DNA of 64,000 nucleotides from the NCBI RefSeq assembly GCF_006345805.1, contig NC_043016.1:27776001-27840000 (forward strand), read 5' to 3'. Under the pieces are notes generated by a model. That model was not told where the DNA came from, did no database searches, and was given only the letters and a program-made list of their open reading frames with translations. Both the position numbers and the translations under genes were made by a program. Shown here one piece after another: positions 53,049-64,000 of the stretch (its first letter is position 1; every line of letters begins with the position of its first letter). This stretch comes from Octopus sinensis (taxonomy: Eukaryota).

Positions 53049-54155
53049 GAGTGAGAGAGCAATGCATGCCATCAAAGTTACACTAGGGTAAAAATATACA
53101 AAGCCCAATGTACCCATCATGACTGTCTGATAAAGGTACAACACCCACATGCATCACAACCATATGTGCATGACATGGTGAGCTCGTATCAAGATAAACA
53201 GCATATGACTTTACAAGTGACGCCCAGTAAGGATTTTCTTCAAGTCAAGTAGCCCATCCTGCTCAAAAGGTCCCTGAATAAAGTTTAAGAGTGGTGAACA
53301 AAATACCCACGTTTCCAGAGATGAATTATTCAAACCCAACACATGGCTATGATGCTCCCCCACTACTTCTGGTCATGATCAGAGATGCACATATCGTCAG
53401 CCATTAAGGGACATGCTCAGCTGGTTATGGTCAAACAACTGACAAGCAAATCTGTGGTATTGAGCAGAATATTTGCTGTAGCCCATCTTTTACACCAAGA
53501 TAAAACATGTACATGATAACATTTTCAATTAGTTAAGATCTGAAGCCATGAGAGCCACTGCTTGGTACTGCATCAAGGCATTATTATTATTATTATTGAG
53601 TGAGAGAGCAGCGTATGTCATCGAAGTGACACTGGGGTACAATTATATGATGCCCAATATACCCATCATGACTACCCATCTGATAAGGTTATACCAGGTG
53701 CATGCATCACAACCACATGTGCACAACATGGTGATCTTATATCAAGATAAACAGTACATGACCATGCAGGTGGGGCCCAGTTAGAATTTTCTTCAGGTTG
53801 AGTAGCCCATCCCGCTCAAACGGTCCCTGAATAAGGGTTGTTTAAGGATGTTGAAAGAACCACCCATGTTTCCAGAGGTGAACTATTCAAACCCCAAAGA
53901 ATCCCTCTCAACACATGGCTATGATGCTCCCCAACTACTTCTGCTTGTGATCAGAGATGCACACATCATCAGTTACCAAGGGACATGCTTGACTGGTTAT
54001 GGTCAAGCAAGTGACAAATCTGTGGTATTGAGCAGAATATTTACTGTAGCCCATGTTTTATACCAAGACAAAACAATGTACATGATAATACTTCCAATCA
54101 GTTAAGATGAGAAGCCATGAAAGCCACTGCCTGGCATTTATTATTATTATTATTT
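53049..54155. repeat. Two head-to-tail copies of a ~550-bp element, each bounded by (TTA)n
   Basis: Units start GAGTGAGAGAGCA at 53049 and 53598 and end GCCACTGC(C/T)TGG...(TTA)n. Confidence 0.9.
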
Positions 54156-55660
54156 AAGATATCACACAATATCCAATATCTTGATGTTGATTGAAGGTGT
54201 TGTGTCTACCAGGGGTTTGTACTGTCTGTCAAGTCACAAAAAGGACTTCAGACAGACAGTACTTTATGCAATATGCATGCAGTTCCAAGTAATGCCAACT
54301 TTTGCAATACACCTAGATTGTAGAGTTTTTTTCTAAAATTTCCAGTTGTTTCTTCAGATTGGGTGGTATTGAACCCAATGCTCCGATGACAACAGGAACA
54401 ACCTTTATGTTTGACTCTCGTAGCTACTACATCTTGGTGATCTCAATTCTCAAGTCTCCATATTTATCAGCCTTTTCTCTTTCTTTCATGGTAATATGTT
54501 GATCTCCTGGCACTGCTACGTTGATTATTAGGCACTTTTGTTTGTCCCTCCTAAGGGTTACTATATACAGCCTTTGGTGCTCAAATATCTTGTCTGCCTG
54601 GAAGTCAAGGTCCCAGAGGATTTTTGCCTAGCCCTTTTCATCCATTACCTTTTCCGGTGTATGTTGGTACCAAGCACCCGTTACCTTATATCCATACTTC
54701 TGGTATAGTAGCCAGTGAAAGTTTTGGGCTACCTGCTGTGTTTTCATTTGTACTCTTTCTCTGCAAGACTTTCACAAGCACTAACAATGTGAATCATGCT
54801 TTTAACCCACTTCCCACACATTCTGCAGAGATTCATTGCACTTGTGTGGTATAAATTCTTTTTCACTGCGTTGGTATTTAATGCCTGATCCTGGGCAGCA
54901 ATGATTAGGTTTCCAGTCTTCTTTTTTTGGGTACCCTTGTTGAGCCAGCTCCATGAGGCTTCTTGGTCTTTTAATTCATTAGTTTCATAGTAGAACTGAC
55001 TATGTAATTCCATGCAGAGTAGAGTTTCTTCTTTCTCGCTGGCGATTTATGGTTGGAATTGGTTTCAACTGTCTCATTGTGTTAATTGCATGTTCTGTAT
55101 TTGGTGTTACCATTATTTTGCTTTTATAGTTGTCTGTGGTCAAGCTTTGGTCTTGTGCAGCTAGAATCAGTCTTTCCATTTCTGCATTTAGTCCAAACCT
55201 TTTGAACCATTGTTGGATTTCATTTAGGCTCACTTCTCTGTCGAGCCTTGCAGGGTATTGGCCTCGGAGTGATTTTTCTCTCCATTTCTTCTTTATTACG
55301 TTTTGCAGTTCTGTTATCATGATTTTTTGTTTTTTGTTTTTTATAATATCTGTCATGTTGTCATCTGAGATCAGTGCTTCAGTGTAGCTTGTTTCTGTTT
55401 TGTATTTTTTTGTCACCTTGTCTATAGAGAAAAGTGTTTTCTTTTTTTTTTTTCTCTTTTTGTGTTACTTTATTACATACAATTAGTCATCCAATTTTTG
55501 TTTCTAATTTTTTAAAATCCAACTGTTGTTGTTCTGTTGTAGTTCTCTATCTGTGTCAGGCCATGACCTCCTTTTCAGTGGGGTAGATGTATTCTATTAG
55601 TGTAGCTTTTGGAGTTGTGACTTCTGTATGCTGTTAATAGTTTCCTATCTAAGTGTCCCA
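54156..55660 (-). mobile_element. R4/Dong-like RLE LINE 3' remnant(s)
   Basis: RIHLPTEKGGHGL, AAQDQ (twice), CRMC...HIVSAC CCHC knuckle, KILWDLDF, CLIINVAVPGD, KADKYGDL and LALLGT motifs. Confidence 0.85.
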
Positions 55661-55689
55661 ATTCACTAATCTTCTAGTTTATTATTATT

Positions 55690-55906
55690 CTGCAAGCTGG
55701 TAGAATTGTTAGCATGCTGGACAAAATGCTTAGCGGTATTTCACCCATTCCTACATTCTGAGTTTAAATTCCGCTGAGGTCAAATTTGCCTTTCATCCTT
55801 TCGGGTTCAATAAATTAAGTAACAGTGAAACTCTGGGGATTGATGTAATTGACTGGTCTCCTTCCCACAAATTTGAGGCCTTGTGCCTCCAGTAGAGAGA
55901 ATAATA

Positions 55907-55962
<56 letters not shown>

Positions 55963-56120
55963 TATTATTATTATTATTATTACTATTATTATTATTATTA
56001 TTATTATTACTATTATTATTATTGTTATTATTATTATTGTTATTATTATTATTACTATTATTATTATTATTATTATTATTACTATTATTATTATTACTAT
56101 TATTGTTATTGTTGTTGTTA
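55690..56120 (+). mobile_element. SINE family B with a ~220-bp (TAT)n tail
   Basis: GCTGGTAGAATTGTTAGCATG head and TTTGCCTTTCATCCTTTCGGG core, then (TAT)n. Confidence 0.8.
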
Positions 56121-56132
56121 TTCTCCTTGTAG

Positions 56133-56263
56133 CCATTGTTGTTTGGTCACATCAAGAACTGAAAATATTTGTTGACATGTTCAAGCGCCAAGTATTTGGT
56201 GGAAAATCCAATCTCTCAATAATTGCAGAATGTGTTATGTTAGCAAGACAACATTGTCAAGAG
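56133..56263 (+). CDS. EXOC8: EXOC8 internal exon
   Basis: AIVVWSHQELKIFVDMFKRQVFGGKSNLSIIAECVMLARQHCQE; donor GTGAGT. Confidence 0.95.
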
Positions 56264-57098
56264 GTGAGTTGTTTTTCTTTTATATCATTAATTAATGATA
56301 TAAGTTTTTCTTAATATAATCTATATTTCTGAAATAAAGTGTTCCTATATAATTGAATCATTCAAACTATTGACTTTAATATCTCTTTTCATATTTTCTA
56401 TTCTGTGTCTTACTTTCCTGCAGCTGTTGTCTATTCATTCATTTATTTAGGAAACATGTAGTGCTGGCTTTAATTAATTCATTGGTTTACATTATAAAAG
56501 TAAATGAACATTTAGAAATTCATTGAAGCTAATTCATCATTTCAGTGTTGTTGCAATGTCTATTTTCATTTTATGGTTGAACAGGTCTACAATTTAAGCT
56601 AATGTTCTTTTTGATCCATTATCTCATCTGTTAGTCCCAACATCCTGAGATCTGACTTTACTTCTTCCTCTCATGTCTTCCTTGATCCCTCATTACACAT
56701 AGCTTCTATATTCAGCACTCTTCACCCATTCATATCATGTAATCATACCAGCACATTAGATAACCATTTTGCCACCATATTTCTGCCGAAATATGCTTTG
56801 TTTCAATAAATTTTGAAAATAAGGAAAAATTTAGAAAAGTAACTTTGATGCCAGCATGGAAGTCAGACATTGAATGATGATAATGACAAACTTTGTCATT
56901 ATTAAGTTGGTGCTTGAAACTTAAATTTTAGCGGAAAGATATTGTTGTACTTGGTCATATTTTGCCAATTAAATAGTAGGTCTTCACTTCAGTGTAGTGC
57001 ATGTGTTTAATTAGCAAAATATTATCATCCCCAAGTATGGCAATATCTGTTTCAATATATGGTTTCACATCAAGAGTCTTGCAAAACAAATACATAAA

Positions 57099-57571
57099 AC
57101 ATTATTTTCATTCAATGGATATTTGTCCTCATCTTGTTTGTTGTTAACACAATGTTTCAGCTGATGTACCTTCCAGTCTTCTTCAGGTGTCTTGGGGAAA
57201 TTTTGAACCAGGGTTCTCATTCCTAAGGTATTTTTCGATGTTGTTGTTATTATTATTATTATTATTATTATTCAGGTCACATATGCCCATGGGACCACAG
57301 GCATATGGCGTAGTGGTTAAGAGCGTGGGCTACTAACCCCAAGATTCCGAGTTCAATTCTAGGCAGTGACCTGAATAATAATAATAACAACATCAAAAAA
57401 TACCTTAGGAATGAGAACCCAGGTTTGAAATTTCCCCAAGACACCTGATGAAGGCTGGAGTATATATCAGCCACAACGTTGTGTTAACAACAAACAAGAT
57501 GAGGACAAATATCTGTCAATTGTAAATAATGTAAATAATGTGCATAATTCCTCATCGCTTAAATATAGAAC
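57099..57571. mobile_element. Inverted dimer of a tRNA-headed, hammerhead-bearing SINE-like element
   Basis: Left arm 57099-57280 is the reverse complement of the right arm 57366-57530. A box 57306-57316, B box 57349-57359. Confidence 0.85.
57440..57485 (+). ncRNA. Minimal type I hammerhead ribozyme motif (GAAAC mutated to ACAAC in this copy)
   Basis: GACAC-CTGATGA-A-GGCTG...CAGCC-ACAAC-GTT-GTGTT. Confidence 0.6.
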
Positions 57572-59469
57572 TATATAAACATAAAAATTTTATGAAAAGT
57601 TTAAATGTAAATCACTTTAAATGGTAGCTTAGGGCCAAGATCAGTTTCCAGTGGATTAGTATCAAAAAAAGTAAATCTCCAGAAACTCACCCAGTTCATT
57701 TTTGTACTCTGTCTTCCATACATGTCTACACAATCCAACTGATTATAGCTGCCTCGTTTCTGTCCATAATCTCTTCAACTTGCCTCTTTAATGTCCATGT
57801 TGTTTCACCTCTAATTTCTAGACTTAATCCACCACCTAGTTTAACATCCCACTTAGTCCTTTGGGACTTTTTGTTGCAAATATTTGGGCCAAGTCTCTCA
57901 TCTGAGGATAACTTCCCCCCTCACCCCCAATCTTCCATAAAGAGAAGAACCACCACCTTTTTTTTTTTATAAACTGAGGTCACAGCTTCCTGAATTGCTT
58001 GCTCTGACATATCTGTTTGTAAAAACACATGGTTGTTTCACACAACTCTTTTTTTTTGTTTTTGTAAACAAAGGTCACAGCCCCTAAACATCTTTCTCTT
58101 ACAACTCTACTTTCACTTCATACAACACTACGTGCAGTTATAATCAGATCCCAGAGATAACATAAGCTAACTAACTAATACACCTAAGGATCTGTCTAAG
58201 CAGCTCTTGAACTTTTCATAGCTATTCATATTGCTTACAACTCCTTTACACCTATCACACACGAAGTTCTGCTTCTCTGTTAATTTATCAAATACCGAAC
58301 TATATCATTGTTAGCACTGAGTACACAAGTTTCTCTCACACAAGTAAAGCCACTTTATCTAGGATTTTAATCTTTGTCATGTAGGCATTCGGGATTGAGA
58401 ACATCTGCAAATATCATGCAGTAGCAGTGGTGGTGGTGGTGGTGCTGCTGCTGCTGCTGGTGGCGGCACCGGCGACAGTGGTGGTGGTGGTCGTCGTCGT
58501 CATGGCAGCGACGGTGGTCGTGGGGGTGGGGGTGAGTTGCTAAATGACGGTTGTTGTATACACCTGACACAAGCCCAACTTTCTACAGTTCCAACATGAC
58601 AGGTGTTGATGTTTGCTAGGATAATTGTCATATTGTATACGTGGTTTTGCTGAGAGAATGGACTTAGTGAATGTGTATATTTATGTGTGTGTGTGTGTGT
58701 GTGGCAATACCATTACTGCTGCATCAGCTTTATTTTAGAGTAGTTATTGCTCTTTTATTACAGGACAGTAATATATTATTGTGATAAGATCCTTGTCTTT
58801 CCTCTACATTAGGAAACACTCCCTTCACACTTTTTGTGGGGTTTAATCAGAATACCCATAAACCCAAATTGGCTAATTTTAGTATCAACAGGGAGCACAG
58901 GCACATGGAGGATGTTTATGTAGGGTGTAAGAAAGGGGTAAGGAAGAGAGATATGGTATATTAAGTAACCTAAATTATTTAATAAATTCAAGGGAGATTA
59001 TCAAGAAATGCATGGCCCTTGATTGCTAAGAAGGGTGGGTATTGAGATATGCCACATGTTGCCACATGAAACTTGTATTTCAGTTATCACTAATGTATTT
59101 TAAAGCTTTATAATGTAGAGTGAAGATCTGATAGAAAGATAGGTAAAAAGAATTAAAATAAATAGATATATCACTCATATAAACAGTTGACTATAATTTC
59201 GTCTGTATATATTTGTGTGTGTGTTATTGATGAATGGCCATTCTTATGACCTCTCATCACCTGGCACAAAGACCCCGCCCTCAATATTTCTCTCCCTCTT
59301 AGTCGAGAGGTCTTTGTCTTGTGAGTTACTCAGTGCCTCTGCCAGTGTTGGTGACACATGAAAAACATCCAGTACACTCTGTAAAGTGGCTGGTGTGAAA
59401 CCATGCTAAAACAGATTAGAGTTTGGCTTGCCAGTATGGAAAAATGACTGTTAGTTGATGGTGTTAGAA

Positions 59470-59860
59470 TGGTTATGCTGCATGGTTGTTAGATATAGGC
59501 CTTGAATGTAGAGGAGATGAGAAGACTGGAAAGAAATGAAGCGAGCTTTCTCCAATATCTGTGTACCAGTGACAGAGTATAAATGTGCTGAGTGCAAAAC
59601 TAGGCATTAGAGAAATCAGATGTAATGTGCAAGAAAGAAGATTGTTCTATTATGGACGTGTGATGTGTATGGATGAGGACAGTTGTATAAAGAAGTGCCA
59701 ATCACTTAATGTGGATGGAGCTTGCAGAAGAGGGAGATCCAGGAAGATGAGGGGCAAAGTCATAAAGTTCGATCTCAGGACCTTGAACCTCATGGAGAAG
59801 ATGATAAAGGATCTGGATGACTGGTGATATGCAGTCCTCAAGAAGATTTGCTCACCTCAA
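59470..59860 (+). mobile_element. RTE LINE 3' ORF remnant
   Basis: KLGIREIRCNVQERRLFYYGRVMCMDEDSCIKKC...RGRSRK...DLRTLNL. Confidence 0.75.
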
Positions 59861-60613
59861 CAAAACTGAGTTAGTGAGTGAGTAAGTGTGTGTGTGTGTT
59901 AAAATAAGATTGTTTTAATGCAAGTTTAAGAATAACCACAAAACATTTACTGATGATGGAGGAGACGCAATATTGAAAGTAGAGTCAGATTTATTATAAA
60001 GATTGTGTTAAGTGGAACTGCCAAGTTTTGTATTGAAAGCTTATTCATACAGTCATGTATTGAATAAGCCATCAGGTGTATCTTGATATATGTGTGTGTT
60101 ATATGAGGTAATAACCAATACTTTTGTACAATAATTATTGAATTATTCTTCAACATTTTTGTAAATTGTTTTTTTTTCTTTTTTGATGCTTTTTCTGTCT
60201 TTACTTGCTGGATCTGGAGGATGGGGTGGTACCCATCATTTTCAATATCCCCTTGGGACTGGTGAGATTGAAGCCATTAATGTTTTCTTAAGGTGGGACT
60301 GCAAGTTAACACCTACAGGAAAAACCATGGGTAAGGTTTTATGGGGTCAATATTCTAGATAGAATGGATTAGGACTAGGAGTTAATGTGAAACTCAGACT
60401 GGTGTTGGACACAACAAGAGTATTGAAAGGAGGAGAGGGAGTGGGTAAGTAATGCCTGAGTGGAGTTGACATGGACTCAGCTAACTCCAAGAAGTAGAAG
60501 CCATTTTAGTTGTGATAGAGAGAGGAAATAACACTGTAAGCGACTCTATACAAATTAGTCAAATTTTATTTGTTGTTACTGGGATATTTCATAGCAGTAA
60601 ATCAGCGTTCTTA

Positions 60614-60892
60614 GAGGCACATGGCCTAGTGGTTAGAGCAGCGGGTTCGAATCTCAGACTGGGTTGGTGTATGTGTTTATGAGCAAAACACCTAAGCTCC
60701 ACATGGCTCTGGCAGAAGGTAATGGTAAGCTTCTGCTGACTCTTTTGCCACAACTTTCTCTTACTCTTTCTTCCTGCATCTAGCAGTTCACCTATGATGG
60801 ACCGGCATCCCTTCAAGGTGGGGGAACCTATATGCCAATGAAACTGGGAAACTGGCCCTTATGAGCCAGTCATGGCTCAAGAAGGAACAAAC
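60614..60892 (+). mobile_element. SINE family E (V-domain-like)
   Basis: Sister of the 12955-13242 copy. Confidence 0.8.
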
Positions 60893-60940
60893 AAATTAGC
60901 ATTCTCTCATGGTGTTTTCAGGCAGTGGATTGGTAGAATC

Positions 60941-61291
60941 CAGTTCTATATTTAAGAGATGAGGAATTATGCACATTATTTACAATTGACAGATATTTGT
61001 CCTTATCTTGTTTGTTGTTAACACGTTTCGGCTGATATACCTTCCAGCCTTCATCAGGTGTCTAGGAGAAATTTCGAACTTGGATTCTCATTCCTAAGAT
61101 ATTTTTCGATGTCATTGTTCTTGTTGTTGTTGTTGTTATTATTCAGGTCACTGCTAGGAATCGAACTCAGAATCTTGGGGTTAGTAGCCCGCACTCTTAA
61201 CCACTACACTCTATGCCCATGGGCATATAGTGCTGTAGTTAAGAGTGCGGGCTACTAACCCCAAGATTCTGAGTTCAATTCCAAGCAGCCA

Positions 61292-61329
<38 letters not shown>

Positions 61330-61474
61330 TCGAAAAATACCCTAAGAATGAGAACCCAGGTTCGAAATTTCCCCCAAGACACTTAATGAAGGCTGGAGGG
61401 TATATCAGCCGAAACATTGTGTTAACAACAAATAAGATGAGGACAAATATCTGTCAATTGTAAATAATGTAAAT
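60941..61474. mobile_element. Head-to-head palindromic dimer of the tRNA/hammerhead element with a 13-bp TSD
   Basis: Axis TATGCCCATGGGCATA (61212-61227); GATTGGTAGAATC at 60928-60940 and again at 61475-61487. Confidence 0.9.
61019..61062 (-). ncRNA. Minimal hammerhead motif with an intact catalytic core
   Basis: Reverse complement reads GACAC-CTGATGA-A-GGCTG-GAAGGTATAT-CAGCC-GAAAC-GTGTT (3-nt deletion near the cleavage triplet). Confidence 0.6.
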
Positions 61475-62776
61475 GATTGGTAGAATCGTTAGAGGGTCAG
61501 ACAAAATGCTTAATCCTTTTGTTATTACGTTTCTGTTGAATTACACTGCCTTTGTTTCAATTAATTCTCATAATAATGATGACTTTAGTAAAATATCTTC
61601 ATCAGTATTAAGCCAAAGATTGGAAGATAAATTAACATGAAATTTCTGAAATTCAATTTTACTCACTTTAAAACAGGAAGTTTGTATCATTAGAATAATG
61701 GGTGGTGCAGGGTGAGTCAATGTCAAAGGAACTAACAATACTTTTTCTGGGTTTTTGCATTCTGAGGTCAAAATCCACTGAAGTCAGCTTTACCTTTTAT
61801 CCTTCCAGTCACAGTAAAAATAAATAGCAGTCAAATACTGGAGTCAGTGGTATCAATTAACACTCTCTGCTCAAAATGCTGACCCTCTGCCTAAATTGGA
61901 AGTGATTATTGCTTTTCTTATAATTATTAACACTTGCCTATTGTTGCCTTGCTAAAAAGGCTTGTGGTCAAGGGATTGTGGGTTCAAATCTCAGACCGGG
62001 TGGTGTATGTGTTTATGAGCAAAGCACCTAAGTTCCATGTGGTTCTGGCAGAAGGTAATGGTGAACTTCTGCTGACTCTTTTGCTACAACTTTCTCTTAC
62101 TCCTTTAAATTGTGTTTGATGTATTTGAATGAATATATTCCTTTTATTATAATTGGTTACTAATTCAACCATGTGTAGTTGTTTAAAAATGGAGTATATA
62201 TTTATTTTTCTGCTATAATCTAAGCAAAATGAGAGGGTCAGTCTCCTGATAGTAAATTAATGGACAGTTTAAGACTCTATGTCGATGGTGATGATGATAA
62301 TGACAATTACAGCATCATTTCTATTAATCACTCCCTAACATATATAAATTCTGTTATCAATATTACATCATGCAAACATTCAACTAGGAATCCATCACTG
62401 TTCCTTCTTTTCCTCACAACAATCTGAAGTGATAGTAGTTATTATAAAGGCCTTGTAAATTATTTGGTGACCTCACTGCTGCTGTTGCTACATAAAAAAA
62501 AGCATCCAGTTCACCCTGTAGAATGATTGGCATTTAGAAGGTAATCCAGCTGTAGAAATCATACGGAATTAGGCAATAGAGGTTGGTGCAATCTTCTGAC
62601 TTGCCAGCTCCTTGTCAAACCATTCAACCCATGCCAGCATGGAAAACAGATGTTAGATAGTGATGATGGCGACAATGGTGGCAGCAGCAAGGAAGGGAAG
62701 TAGGAGTCTATTGCAGAAAAGAACAACACGTTTACTGGTGAAATCCCCAACTGCAATTCTAGCACTAATTTGTAAC

Positions 62777-63145
62777 TTAACACCTTAGCATTTAACCCTT
62801 TCGTTACCAACCCAACTGAAACCAGCTCTGGCTCTGAGTACAAATATCCTGTTTTCAAAAGTTCTGAATTAAAATCGTCCATCAAACACTAGCTGAATGA
62901 TAGCTAAGTTATTTTACTAAATCCTTTGTTATATTTAAAGTAATTGAAAGAAACACAGAGCATCTCAAAATAAATACAGTAACAAAAGGGTTAAACCAGC
63001 CATGTGTGTCTCAAATATTCTCTTTTATGTTCAAACCAGCTAGATCTGGCCTCTCATACCTACCTTGCAATGCATGATTAATTCAAAACAGTGTGAATAA
63101 ATAAGAATTACATTTGACAAAGTATTCTGAATTCTAAAAGGTTAT
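62777..63145. mobile_element. Nested TTAA-targeting MITEs; inner element 62796-62990
   Basis: TTAA|CCCTTTCGTTAC ... GTAACAAAAGGG|TTAA sits inside a CCTTAGCATTTAAAC-type MITE. Confidence 0.8.
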
Positions 63146-63867
63146 GCCTCACCTGTAAGAGTATTGCTTTTTGCTGTCTCTGATTAGTCTTCATTGTATC
63201 TAGTGTTACTGACGGCATGATTAATAGCTCACTATTAATCATATCTAGTATATTCAAATCAGTTCTTGTCAATTATTCTTGTTGTACACAGATACAAGTT
63301 TTATTAAAAAATTAGTAACTTAAACTTCATTTCTAATCCTCTACAAATAAATTTTTCTTTTAAACTAGAATTTTTTTGTTTTGTTTTGTAATCAGTTTGT
63401 GCCTTAAAATGTTGAGCAATACAATAAACTTGACACATCACCATATGACATTGGTTTCTCTAACAACTGTAATTGTTTTATGGAAATGTTCACCATCCTC
63501 CCTCTTCCTTCTAAACAAGAGAAATGTACCCTACTTAATGTTGGATTTTACTCTATTGTAGTATAACACTCATCAATTTTATAGTCTTGTGTACTGTAAC
63601 AAATTATATCACCCTGTGGTTCTTCGTTATAGACGGGTGGACTGGACTGTTGAATGTTACATATGTTAGTTTTATACACAATTTTATATTGATACTTACT
63701 TTTTTACAATCAGAGAAATAAAAAGTTTCAATAATGTAGAACTTGAATGAGATATATTATCATCACCTCAGTTAATCATTATTCTTATCTCCCTATCAAT
63801 ATCTGTTATCACAAACAATTTTAAACTTTTGGTGCTTTTTTTTTTTGTTTGTTTTGTTTTTTTATAG

Positions 63868-63987
63868 CTTCATTCCATTGGCCTTGATCTTAGCTTCACA
63901 TTGGACTTATTTATCAATGATGATATCAAACGAGTTATACAAGAGACAAAAGATCATATTATTGAGGGTGTCAAGTACAGAGCTGCT
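63868..63987 (+). CDS. EXOC8: EXOC8 internal exon (gene continues beyond the window)
   Basis: LHSIGLDLSFTLDLFINDDIKRVIQETKDHIIEGVKYRAA, matching the conserved IGLDLTF motif; donor GTAAGA. Confidence 0.95.
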
Positions 63988-64000
63988 GTAAGATATTTTT

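Noticed and set aside
57305-57365. Apparent tRNA gene (also at 13190-13242, 18250-18314 and 61150-61290)
   Set aside because: No proper acceptor stem; embedded in dispersed repeats, so these are SINE heads

Overview
AT-rich, repeat-dense eukaryotic genomic DNA. The SINE and MITE repertoire looks like Octopus (cephalopod); this is pattern recognition, not a database result. The main gene is a multi-exon EXOC8/Exo84 on the + strand. Six coding exons are visible (16211-63987) and the gene continues past the window; about 300 codons of the middle are missing, probably in the 100-N gap at 45378-45477. A divergent minus-strand exon encodes an unidentified Ser/Pro/Gly/His-rich protein (4393-4931). 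The rest is mostly transposon debris: tRNA-derived SINEs, RTE, Hero-like and R4/Dong-like LINE remnants, a Helitron derivative with an intact 3' end, mariner, maT and pogo remnants, TTAA MITEs, a foldback element and large microsatellites. The most unusual signal is a tRNA-headed SINE-like element carrying a Penelope-type minimal hammerhead ribozyme. It occurs twice as inverted dimers, and one dimer is flanked by a 13-bp target-site duplication. No CRISPR arrays, rRNA genes or true tRNA genes were found.
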